Shown here one piece after another: positions 1-10,554 of a stretch of 64,000 nt of DNA. Source of the stretch: Schizochytrium sp. TIO01 (taxonomy: Eukaryota; Protista; Bigyra: Labyrinthulomycetes); NCBI GenBank assembly GCA_004764695.1, contig SMSO01000025.1, positions 2,108,001-2,172,000 of the forward strand. Reading direction: 5' to 3'. Below the pieces are notes generated by a model. That model searched no databases. It saw only the letters and a list, made by a program, of their open reading frames with translations, and was not told where the DNA came from. How positions within the stretch are numbered: the first letter of the stretch is position 1; each line of letters starts with the position of its first letter. The translations under genes were made by a program, and so were the position numbers.

Positions 1-694
1 AAAGGCACAGCATATCTTCTTTGAAAGTTGTACCTGCGTAAGATCCCAATCTCCGTGCAGTTAGTTTCTTTAAATTAAAATAATGATTCTCTTCTTTTTT
101 AATAGCACATCTACTAATTTGAGATGAATCTCATTCTTACTAACGTCTTTTGATCTAAAGAAAATGTGTTTCGATCGTTTCTTAGTTATAACTGCATCAT
201 CGTGGGACGGAATGTCTTTTTTATATGATCATTAAACTTGACTAACTTGATTAAGCACCTATATCCTCATCAGATTCAGATTCTTACAATGTAATCGCGG
301 ATTACGATTCTGATATCTCACCCCCCAAAATATAAATCATCATCATCTTGGGCCAGGGTCAAAAATAGCTTGGTACTTCATATGGGTTTCTCAAACAAGA
401 TAAGCTCGAGGATTAAGTTGAAATTTTCACCTTACCATATGCACTAACGGCTTGCTTTGAGGTATGCATGCACCTACCCAGAGTCTACCAACAGACGGAG
501 GAGACTCAATATGAACTTATTGATGCGTCTCCCTTTATATGATCAGGTCCCGTACCTCATTATGTTTGGACGAAGCCCTATCTTTGCTGTATCGAGTAAT
601 CCCAGATTTGTTTTATTTTAATCGCACATATGTTTCTCAGATCAAGCGAAATTTGTAAAAATAGTTCTCTGAAAATTTGCAAATCTATTTTTTT

Positions 695-970
695 CTAGAA
701 TAGCAATATTACAATAGCGCTACTTTTAAACAGTTTGTCTCCTTTATAGATTTCAGGATTGGACTCGTAAATTGTATAAGTCGCAATATATTGCAGTATA
801 ATCAGTGACATAGCCCTTGATAGGAAAACGCCAAACACTGGTAAAACTCCTAACATTAGCCCAAGAGCAACAATTGCAGTAGCAATGGGACCTACTACCA
901 ATCCTATCAAAGCCAATGAAAGCAAGAAAGAGCGGTCAAAAATGTTCACGACAGACTTCCACAGAAACAT
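695..970 (-). CDS. Possible small hydrophobic membrane protein or gene fragment (91 aa)
   Basis: ATG-started ORF with two long hydrophobic stretches; no recognisable family, so it may be spurious or a relic. Confidence 0.2.
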   Translation of the reverse strand: MFLWKSVVNIFDRSFLLSLALIGLVVGPIATAIVALGLMLGVLPVFGVFLSRAMSLIILQYIATYTIYESNPEIYKGDKLFKSSAIVILLF

Positions 971-1018
971 ATGGAAATCTTGACGATGTATTATGAATTA
1001 TTATTGTAAACTTTGATG

Positions 1019-3394
1019 TTACAGCCCTTTTAAATGAGCTTGCACATTGATGGGATTAGCCCTTCTTGAACTCGTACGGTAAAAGTGTTCAATAGGTACA
1101 GCAAGATCTCGCATCGATCCCAGTGTCTGTAGAGTAGCACGCACGGCCACACCTTCATCACTAGAGACTGAGATGTTGAAGTCCACAGGAAACGAACCAA
1201 GTGGGTCGCAATGCTCATTTACACACAGTAACGAAGAGCTATGTATTGACATAAAGTTGGCAGGAGCATGCCGGACCACAACCTCCATCGCAAGTTGATT
1301 ATGCTGAACCTCATGTACCTCCATATGAGCAATCGTCGACAACGTATTGACAACAAGAGGCTCGCTAATTGAGTCTTGCAATATCTGACCATCTCCAGTA
1401 AGAACAGCAGCATATATCTTTGTTTCTTGACCCAACTGCAACCTTCCTGGATCGGCATATACATCGTGCAGATGGTTGTCGAACACAAAATAACATTGTG
1501 GTGGAGGATACGAGAAATTTTTGTGTCCATACTGAAGACAGAACTGGGCACACGGGTTTTTGGCAGACCATTCCTCTGGGGATATACCAGGAAGAAGGTC
1601 TACAGCTGTTTCAAGCCTCAGATCTGGGTGAAAGCTTACATTTTGCATCGTTTGTGCTGCTGGCCAGTTGCCAGGATGCAATTCAACTTTTGCTCTTGCA
1701 AAGGTGTTATTTGAGAAAACTTCTCTCTGGTTCTGTTTTATGCTGTCTTTGTCTTGGTCATGTTGTGGGCAATCGGAGGTAAGAGATAGTTCATAAGTTC
1801 TCTCAACTCTGGACCCATAGCCTGGAATTGAACTTTTGGAATAGACCAACCATGGAACAGACTTGTAGGCTACAATGTACTCCTGGATCCACGCTTCTGC
1901 GAGAAACCAATCTACTCCTTGCGGCATACCAAATTTGTGAAATACATTGAGCAAGCGTCTGGCCCCTCGCTTCCGAAGCATATATCCGTGGGTTCCATAA
2001 CCAAAACTTCTACTAGTGCTGGGAAATGCTTCCACACCATCCCAAACATGAATCCCTGGATAAAACATCGGATCGTCGTTGAAGCCAAGCATCATGATGT
2101 CCCAGCGAGGATCTGACATTGACAAAGAGTGTCCTGGGCCTCGCTTCCATCTGTCAGCCACGTCTTTTGCAAAGTAAAAATCGTCCTCCAATATGATGAT
2201 ACTATCTAGATCACTCAAGTCGGTTCGCTTCGATAGCTTTGTCCAAAGTAGAATATGCGTTGCAGAGCATCCAAGAACTCCTGGACGATAGCAATGGCCC
2301 ACATTGGGATTTGTTACATTGAACCCATCTGTACGAAATAAATTACGAAGTTCAGTAGTAATAGCGAGTTCTTTACGCCCATTGATAGCACGGAAGCGCT
2401 CGTGTTTAGGCCAGAGATTATCAAGACCTGCAGTCCGGAAGTTCTCACGAGCCTCTGCCCAGCGGCCACTGTAGTCCTCATCCATATTGGCAACATAAAC
2501 GTTGGCCACTTTTCCAATTGAATGCAGAGTTGTATCGGGTCTATCGCTGCCCAAAATTTGAGGTTTCAGAACTGCAACAAAGAAGTTCTCCTGCTCCAGG
2601 ACATGAAAGCCGTGAATCTCAAACATGGATTGAACTGTGCTGGTAAGCTTTCCAATCACGACTATTTGGCCCATTGACGGGAGGCCTTGAGCAATTAGTT
2701 GGATATCCAAATCTGTCACTTGGTTAGCATTAACAACGAGGACTCTTGGGCGATGTTGTCGGAACAGATCTGTTTTCAAGATTGTTTTACTTATTGCTAA
2801 ACAAAGAGTCCCAGGACTATTTGAGATAGGTTGTGACTCTCCATGATTGATAAACGGGGTTTCAAACAAAGTGATGCCAGAGTTATTCAGTCTCGCAAGC
2901 GTAATATCCCAACTGCATGGGTCCATGACATAAACACAGTCGAGCCAGAGATTATGCCCAGGATGATCCCAGAACCTTTGTACTTCGTCCTTTCGAACTA
3001 TCGTTACCCGTTGAGAGAAGAGAAGCTCTTCAACAAGTACTTTTGGAGAGAAAGATGATAGTTTGGCAAGGCCATTTTCGACATAGCTCATCATAATCGT
3101 CTTGTCTGCTTCTTCAAGTGCTGTGATGTGCACCGCGATTTTCTCAACTACGCCTTGTATCTTCCTCTTTGGAACCAGGAGACAAGAACGTCTCTCCCGC
3201 ACGCTCACAAATGGCATCCACGTAGAGTTGTCTCGCTGGTCATTTTCGAACGTCACTTCTGTTGTGAAAGCTTCCTTACCTCGAATAGTGACAACGGTCG
3301 CAACCAGGAACAACAGCTGCAACATAGTTGCCACAATCGCCATGTACGAACGGCTAAGTCGCATGGAGTCCCGAGATGCTTTCGGTGCCTTCAT
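1019..3394 (-). CDS. GT25-family glycosyltransferase, type II membrane protein, array copy 1 (intact)
   Basis: ORF is open 1019-3424, first in-frame ATG at 3394 (MKAPKAS..). N-terminal hydrophobic anchor (MAIVATMLQLLFLVATVVTI). GT25 motifs VYVANM, RFRAING, GVLGCSATHILLW, IIILEDDF, GTHGYMLRKRGARRLL, GVDWF. Cys-containing C-terminal domain. Confidence 0.8.
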   Translation of the reverse strand: MKAPKASRDSMRLSRSYMAIVATMLQLLFLVATVVTIRGKEAFTTEVTFENDQRDNSTWMPFVSVRERRSCLLVPKRKIQGVVEKIAVHITALEEADKTIMMSYVENGLAKLSSFSPKVLVEELLFSQRVTIVRKDEVQRFWDHPGHNLWLDCVYVMDPCSWDITLARLNNSGITLFETPFINHGESQPISNSPGTLCLAISKTILKTDLFRQHRPRVLVVNANQVTDLDIQLIAQGLPSMGQIVVIGKLTSTVQSMFEIHGFHVLEQENFFVAVLKPQILGSDRPDTTLHSIGKVANVYVANMDEDYSGRWAEARENFRTAGLDNLWPKHERFRAINGRKELAITTELRNLFRTDGFNVTNPNVGHCYRPGVLGCSATHILLWTKLSKRTDLSDLDSIIILEDDFYFAKDVADRWKRGPGHSLSMSDPRWDIMMLGFNDDPMFYPGIHVWDGVEAFPSTSRSFGYGTHGYMLRKRGARRLLNVFHKFGMPQGVDWFLAEAWIQEYIVAYKSVPWLVYSKSSIPGYGSRVERTYELSLTSDCPQHDQDKDSIKQNQREVFSNNTFARAKVELHPGNWPAAQTMQNVSFHPDLRLETAVDLLPGISPEEWSAKNPCAQFCLQYGHKNFSYPPPQCYFVFDNHLHDVYADPGRLQLGQETKIYAAVLTGDGQILQDSISEPLVVNTLSTIAHMEVHEVQHNQLAMEVVVRHAPANFMSIHSSSLLCVNEHCDPLGSFPVDFNISVSSDEGVAVRATLQTLGSMRDLAVPIEHFYRTSSRRANPINVQAHLKGL

Positions 3395-3938
3395 CCCATC
3401 CAAAGAGGACAACTGTGTTGACAATGCGAGCTTAAGTACGTTGTGATCTAGATTTGGTTGTTTTGCTTAAACCTTTTCATCAATACAAAGTGCAAGCCAA
3501 GTCTGTGTCGACCGTTGGCATATTAAGCACTTCCGTTTTATTATTGTTTATTTAGAAAAAGAAAATAAAAAGGAATAATTTTTTATTTATTTTTTCACAA
3601 GTCAAAACTATTACGATATAGTTTTGTCAAGTATAGAACATATATATAGACTCAACAATTATTGAAGGCTTGCTGTTAGAGCTAGGTATTTTACACACAT
3701 AGTAACTTTAATCCGGAAATTTGCATTTGCAAACTTTTGAAAAAAACAAAGTGCTCCAATGGTCATTATGAGAAACGTCCACTAAAACTTTAGTCTGGGT
3801 ACGTTTTCACTATAGATTTTATTTGAATTCAATCTCCTCTTGAGTCACATTGCCTTCGCTTCGTGGATTCTCTCATTGAATGTTTATTTGCACTATTAAT
3901 TTTTCCTGTTCGCTATGTTTTCTTGATCCGGTCGTCGC

Positions 3939-4088
3939 TAACTCGTGGTCCAGAATCATCTCAATACAAGCAAACTGGTATCATTGCAATTAAATAAAGC
4001 TTATAGTCATTCTTTAACTCATGGTCCAGAATCACCTCGATACAAGCACCCTGGTATTATGGAAATTGATTAAAGCTTACAGTTATTC
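3939..4088. repeat. Imperfect ~76-bp tandem duplication in the 3' spacer (second instance at 7106-7255)
   Basis: taactcgtggtccagaatcatctcaatacaagc... is followed by taactcatggtccagaatcacctcgatacaagc... Confidence 0.75.
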
Positions 4089-4186
4089 AAGTCAACGGAT
4101 TTTAAATAAAGAATCACAACGCTTCATATATCAATACTTGTCATCCTTCGATTTTGTGAGATATGAATATCTACAAGCTGAGCCAT

Positions 4187-6561
4187 CTACAAACCTCTCA
4201 GAAGAGCGCGTACATTTACAGGGTTTCTAGTTCCGGAACTCGTACGGTAAAAGTGTTCAATAGGTACAGCAAGATCTCGCATCGATCCCAGTGCCTGCAG
4301 AGTAGCACGCACGACTACACCTTCATTACTAGAGACTGAGATGTTGAAGTCCACAGGAAACGAACCAAGTGGGTCGCAATGCTCATTTACACACAGTAAC
4401 GAAGAGCTATGTATTGACATAAAGTTGGCAGGAGCATGCCGGACCACAACCTCCAGCGCAAGTTGATTATGCTGAACCTCATGTACCTCCATATGAGCAA
4501 TCGTCGACAACGTATTGACAACAAGAGGCTCGCTAATTGAGTCTTGCAATATCTGACCATCTCCAGTAAGAACAGCAGTATAAATCTTTGTTTCTTGACC
4601 CAACTGCAACCTTCCTGGATCGGCATATACATCGTGCAGATGGTTGTCGAACAAAAAATAACATTGTGGTGGAGGATACGAGAAATTTTTGTGTCCATAC
4701 TGAAGACAGAACTGGGCACACGGGTTTTTGGCAGACCATTCCTCCGGGGATATACCAGGAAGAAGGTCTACAGCTGTTTCAAGCCTCAGATCTGGGTGAA
4801 AGCTTACATTTTGCATCGTTTGTGCTGCTGGCCAGTTGCCAGGATGCAATTCAACTTTTGCTCTTGCAAAGGTGTTATTTGAGAAAACTTCTCTCTGGTT
4901 CTGTTTTATGCTGTCTTTGTCTTGGTCATGTTGTGGGCAATCGGAGGTAAGAGATAGTTCATAATTACTCTCAACTCTGGACCCATAGCCTGGAATTGAA
5001 CTTTTGGAATAGACCAACCATGGAACAGACTTGTAGGCTACAATGTACTCCTGGATCCACGCTTCTGCGAGAACCAATCTACTCCTTGCGGCATACCAGA
5101 TTTGTGAAATACATTGAGCAAGCGTCTGGCCCCTCGCTTCCGAAGCATATATCCGTGGGTTCCATAACCAAAACTCCTACTAGTGCTGGGAAATGCTTCC
5201 ACACCATCCCAAACATGAATCCCTGGAAGAACTATAGGATCGTCGTTGAAGCCAAGCATCATGATGTCCCAGCGAGGATCTGACATTGACAAAGAGTGGC
5301 CTGGGCCTCGCTTCCATCTGTCAGCCACGTCTTTTGCAAAGTAAAAATCGTCCTCCAATATGATGATGCTGTCTAGATCACTCAAGTCGGTTCGCTTCGA
5401 TAGCTTTGTCCAAAGTAGAATATGCGTTGCAGAGCATCCAAGAACTCCTGGACGGAATCCATGGTCAGTGTAAGGGTTGGTTACATTGAACCCATCTGTA
5501 CGAAATAAATTACGAAGCTCAGTAGTAATAGCGAGTTCTTTACGCCCATTGATAGCACGGAAGCGCTCGTGTTTAGGCCAGAGATTATCAAGACCTGCAG
5601 TCCGGAAGTTCTCACGAGCCTCTGCCCAGCGGCCACTGTAGTCCTCATCCATATTGGCAACATAAACGTTGGCCACTTTTCCAATTGAATGCAGAGTTGT
5701 ATCGGGTCTATCGCTGCCCAAAATTTGAGGTTTCAGAACTGCAACAAAGAAGTTCTCCTGCTCCAGGACATGAAAGCCGTGAATCTCAAACATGGATTGA
5801 ACTGTGCTGGTAAGCTTTCCAATCACGACTATTTGGCCCATTGACGGGAGGCCTTGAGCAATTAGTTGGATATCCAAATCTGTCACTTGGTTAGCATTAA
5901 CAACGAGGACTCTTGGGCGATGTTGTCGGAACAGATCTGTTTTCAAGATTGTTTTACTTATTGCTAAACAAAGAGTCCCAGGACTATTTGAGATAGGTTG
6001 TGACTCTCCATGATTGATAAACGGGGTTTCAAACAAAGTGATGCCAGAGTTATTCAGTCTCGCAAGCGTAATATCCCAACTGCATGGGTCCATGACATAA
6101 ACACAGTCGAGCCAGAGATTATGCCCAGGATGATCCCAGAACCTTTGTACTTCGTCCTTTCGAACTATCGTTACCCGTTGAGAGAAGAGAAGCTCTTCAA
6201 CAAGTACTTTTGGAGAGAAAGATGATAGTTTGGCAAGGCCATTTTCGACATAGCTCATCATAATCGTCTTGTCTGCTTCTTCAAGTGCTGTGATGTGCAC
6301 CGCGATTTTCTCAACTACGCCTTGTATCTTCCTCTTTGGAACCAGGAGACAAGAACGTCTCTCCCGCACGCTCACAAATGGCATCCACGTAGAGTTGTCT
6401 CGCTGGTCATTTTCGAACGTCACTTCTGTTGTGAAAGCTTCCTTACCTCGAATAGTGACAACGGTCGCAACCAGGAACAACAGCTGCAACATAGTTGCCA
6501 CAATCGCCATGTACGAACGGCTAAGTCGCATGGAGTCCCGAGATGCTTTCGGTGCCTTCAT
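4187..6561 (-). pseudogene. GT25-family glycosyltransferase, array copy 2 (frameshifted chimera)
   Basis: Split into ORFs 5038-6591 and 4187-5077 by a 1-bp deletion at ~5072 (coding GAT TGG TTT CTC in copy 1, GAT TGG TTC TC here). N-half matches copy 1, C-half matches copy 3. Confidence 0.75.
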
Positions 6562-7353
6562 CCCATCCAAAGAGGACAACTGTGTTGACAATGCGAGCTT
6601 AAGTACGTTGTGATCTAGATTTGGTTGTTTTGCTTAAACCTTTTCATCAATACAAAGTGCAAGCCAAGTCTGTGTCGACCGTTGGCATATTAAGCACTTC
6701 CGTTTTATTATTGTTTATTTAGAAAAAGAAAATAAAAAGGAATAATTTTTTATTTATTTTTTCACAAGTCAAAACTATTACGATATAGTTTTGTCAAGTA
6801 TAGAACATATATATAGACTCAACAATTATTGAAGGCTTGCTGTTAGAGCTAGGTATTTTACACACATAGTAACTTTAATCCGGAAATTTGCATTTGCAAA
6901 CTTTTGAAAAAAACAAAGTGCTCCAATGGTCATTATGAGAAACGTCCACTAAAACTTTAGTCTGGGTACGTTTTCACTATAGATTTTATTTGAATTCAAT
7001 CTCCTCTTGAGTCACATTGCCTTCGCTTCGTGGATTCTCTCATTGAATGTTTATTTGCACTATTAATTTTTCCTGTTCGCTATGTTTTCTTGATCCGGTC
7101 GTCGCTAACTCGTGGTCCAGAATCATCTCAATACAAGCAAACTGGTATCATTGCAATTAAATAAAGCTTATAGTCATTCTTTAACTCATGGTCCAGAATC
7201 ACCTCGATACAAGCACCCTGGTATTATGGAAATTGATTAAAGCTTACAGTTATTCAAGTCAACGGATTTTAAATAAAGAATCACAACGCTTCATATATCA
7301 ATACTTGTCATCCTTCGATTTTGTGAGATATGAATATCTACAAGCTGAGCCAT

Positions 7354-9699
7354 CTACAAACCTCTCAGAAGAGCGCGTACATTTACAGGGTTTCTAGTTC
7401 CGGAACTCGTACGGTAAAAGTGTTCAATAGGTACAGCAAGATCTCGCATCGATCCCAGTGCCTGCAGAGTAGCACGCACGACTACACCTTCATTACTAGA
7501 GACTGAGATGTTGAAGTCCACAGGAAACGAACCAAGTGGGTCGCAATGCTCATTTACACACAGTAACGAAGAGCTATGTATTGACATAAAGTTGGCAGGA
7601 GCATGCCGGACCACAACCTCCAGCGCAAGTTGATTATGCTGAACCTCATGTACCTCCATATGAGCAATCGTCGACAACGTATTGACAACAAGAGGCTCGC
7701 TAATTGAGTCTTGCAATATCTGACCATCTCCAGTAAGAACAGCAGTATAAATCTTTGTTTCTTGACCCAACTGCAACCTTCCTGGATCGGCATATACATC
7801 GTGCAGATGGTTGTCGAACAAAAAATAACATTGTGGTGGAGGATACGAGAAATTTTTGTGTCCATACTGAAGACAGAACTGGGCACACGGGTTTTTGGCA
7901 GACCATTCCTCCGGGGATATACCAGGAAGAAGGTCTACAGCTGTTTCAAGCCTCAGATCTGGGTGAAAGCTTACATTTTGCATCGTTTGTGCTGCTGGCC
8001 AGTTGCCAGGATGCAATTCAACTTTTGCTCTTGCAAAGGTGTTATTTGAGAAAACTTCTCTCTGGTTCTGTTTTATGCTGTCTTTGTCTTGGTCATGTTG
8101 TGGGCAATCGGAGGTAAGAGATAGTTCATAATTACTCTCAACTCTGGACCCATAGCCTGGAATTGAACTTTTGGAATAGACCAACCATGGAACAGACTTG
8201 TAGGCTACAATGTACTCCTGGATCCACGCTTCTGCGAGAACCAATCTACTCCTTGCGGCATACCAGATTTGTGAAATACATTGAGCAAGCGTCTGGCCCC
8301 TCGCTTCCGAAGCATATATCCGTGGGTTCCATAACCAAAACTCCTACTAGTGCTGGGAAATGCTTCCACACCATCCCAAACATGAATCCCTGGAAGAACT
8401 ATAGGATCGTCGTTGAAGCCAAGCATCATGATGTCCCAGCGAGGATCTGACATTGACAAAGAGTGGCCTGGGCCTCGCTTCCATCTGTCAGCCACGTCTT
8501 TTGCAAAGTAAAAATCGTCCTCCAATATGATGATGCTGTCTAGATCACTCAAGTCGGTTCGCTTCGATAGCTTTGTCCAAAGTAGAATATGCGTTGCAGA
8601 GCATCCAAGAACTCCTGGACGGAATCCATGGTCAGTGTAAGGGTTGGTTACATTGAACCCATCTGTACGAAATAAATTACGAAGCTCAGTAGTAATAGCG
8701 AGTTCTTTACGCCCATTGATAGCACGGAAGCGCTCGTGTTTAGGCCAGAGATTATCAAGACCTGCAGTCCGGAAGTTCTCACGAGCCTCTGCCCAGCGGC
8801 CACTGTAGTCCTCATCCATATTGGCAACATAAACGTTGGCCACTTTTCCAATTGAATGCAGAGTTGTATCGGGTCTATCGCTGTCCAAAATTTGAGGTTT
8901 CAGAACTGCAACAAAGAAGTTCTCCTGCTCCAGGACATGGAAGCCGTGAATCTCAAACATGGATTGAACTGTGCTGGTAAGCTTTCCAATCACGACTATT
9001 TGGCCCATTGACGGGAGGCCTTGAGCAATTAGTTGGATATCCAAATCTGTCACTTGGTTAACATTAACAACAAGGACTCTTGGGCGACGTTGTCGGAAGA
9101 GATCTGTCTTCAAGATAGTTTTGCTAATCGCCATGCACAGTGTTCCAGGAGCGTTTAAATAAGATTGTGGCTCTTCATAGGTAATGAATGAAGAATCAAA
9201 CAAAGTAATGCCAGAGTTGTTGAGCCTTGCGAGCGTAAAATCCCAAATGCATGAGTCTATTACGTAGACACAGTCCAGCCATAAAGCTGGCGAAGGATTA
9301 TCCCAGAATCTTTGTGCTTCTTGTTTTCGTAATGCGAACATGCTTTGATAAAATGAGAGCTGTCCAACAACAATATCTGATGAAGATGACAGTTCGACAA
9401 GTCCGTTTTCTGCATAGCTCCTCAAAACTGATTGGTCTGCATCTTCAAATGCTGTTGTGTGCAATGTGATATACTGGACTTCCTCCCCTATCATATTTGT
9501 CGGAATCTGTAGACAAGAGCGTCTTTCCCGCACGCTCACAAACGGCATCCAAACAGAGCCGCCTTTCTGAGCATCCCCACAAGTATTGACAACAGCCTCA
9601 CCACGAATTTTGAGGAAGCACGAACAGCTGAAGCATAGCTGCCGCAATCGCCATAAACTGACGGCTCCATCGCACCAAGCTGCAGTGGGATGCCTTCAT
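7354..9699 (-). pseudogene. GT25-family glycosyltransferase, array copy 3 (two frameshifts)
   Basis: Same 1-bp deletion as copy 2 at ~8239, plus an 11-bp deletion (tagttgatact, present in copies 4/5) at 9616/9617 inside the membrane anchor. ATG at 9699 is equivalent to that of copies 4/5. Confidence 0.75.
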
Positions 9700-10554
9700 G
9701 ACAATCACAAAGTCCAACTGCAGAGAGCACCAATTGATCGCGATCAAAATCAAGTCTGCCTTCAATCATACTTAGCACAAAGTGTATTCTGAAAGAAGTC
9801 TTTGCTGACAATTGCACATTACTGTCTGCTAGGTAGGTAGGTAGGTATTACCAGCAATACTTTTCGGTTCAATCAATGCTCCTAGAGTTCAACAGGTCGT
9901 GGTGCTAACTAGATCCTATAGGTTTGAATAAAATTCTCGTTGACTTTTAATTTTAATTTTTCTGTAATATAAAAAGCTTTCGTTCACTTTTAATTTTATT
10001 TTTACTGTGATATAAAACATTTTAAATAAAAAGATTAACGATCTAAATTGGCAACAAAGAACAAACAAGACTAGCTAGGCCTAGATGTTGTACATAAACT
10101 GAGCAACGAATAAAGGGTTGCTTGTTGCTAGAGCAAAGCGCTCTGAATATAGAACGCCGTTTGTGAATATTCTTGAAGAAAACCCCTGTAGAGACACTAA
10201 CTATCCAGAAATCTCAACGCTCAAAAGAAAGGTGTAATAAATTTTTGCTTTACGTACGTTCTCATTACATTGTTTTAATTCAACTTGATCTTGAGCAGCA
10301 TAAATTTTGCTGTGTAAATGCTCTCATTCAATATTTATTTGCAATCCAAATTTCTCCAGTGAGCTAGTGTGTAGTGTTTTGCTTTTTTAATGGTTCCCTT
10401 TCACTCGTGAAGCCGAAGCATCTCGATATAGTGACACTGGTATCGTACATATATAATAAAACTGTAAATTTTCATGGGTATCGAATATTGATGAAGATGC
10501 AATCTTCTTCTTCGACAGATTTTGTGAGATATGAATATCTACAAGCTGAGCCAT

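Larger units (their letters stand above)
2352..8883. repeat. Recent tandem duplication, period 3167 bp (2352-5716 matches 5519-8883)
   Basis: All ORF-track entries repeat at +3167. The first flanking mismatches seen are at 2351/5518 and 5717/8884. Identity was spot-checked by eye, not base by base. Confidence 0.85.

Noticed and set aside
5060-5085. Programmed ribosomal frameshift rejoining the two halves of copies 2/3
   Set aside because: No X XXY YYZ slippery heptamer or long homopolymer at the site; a simple 1-bp deletion explains it.
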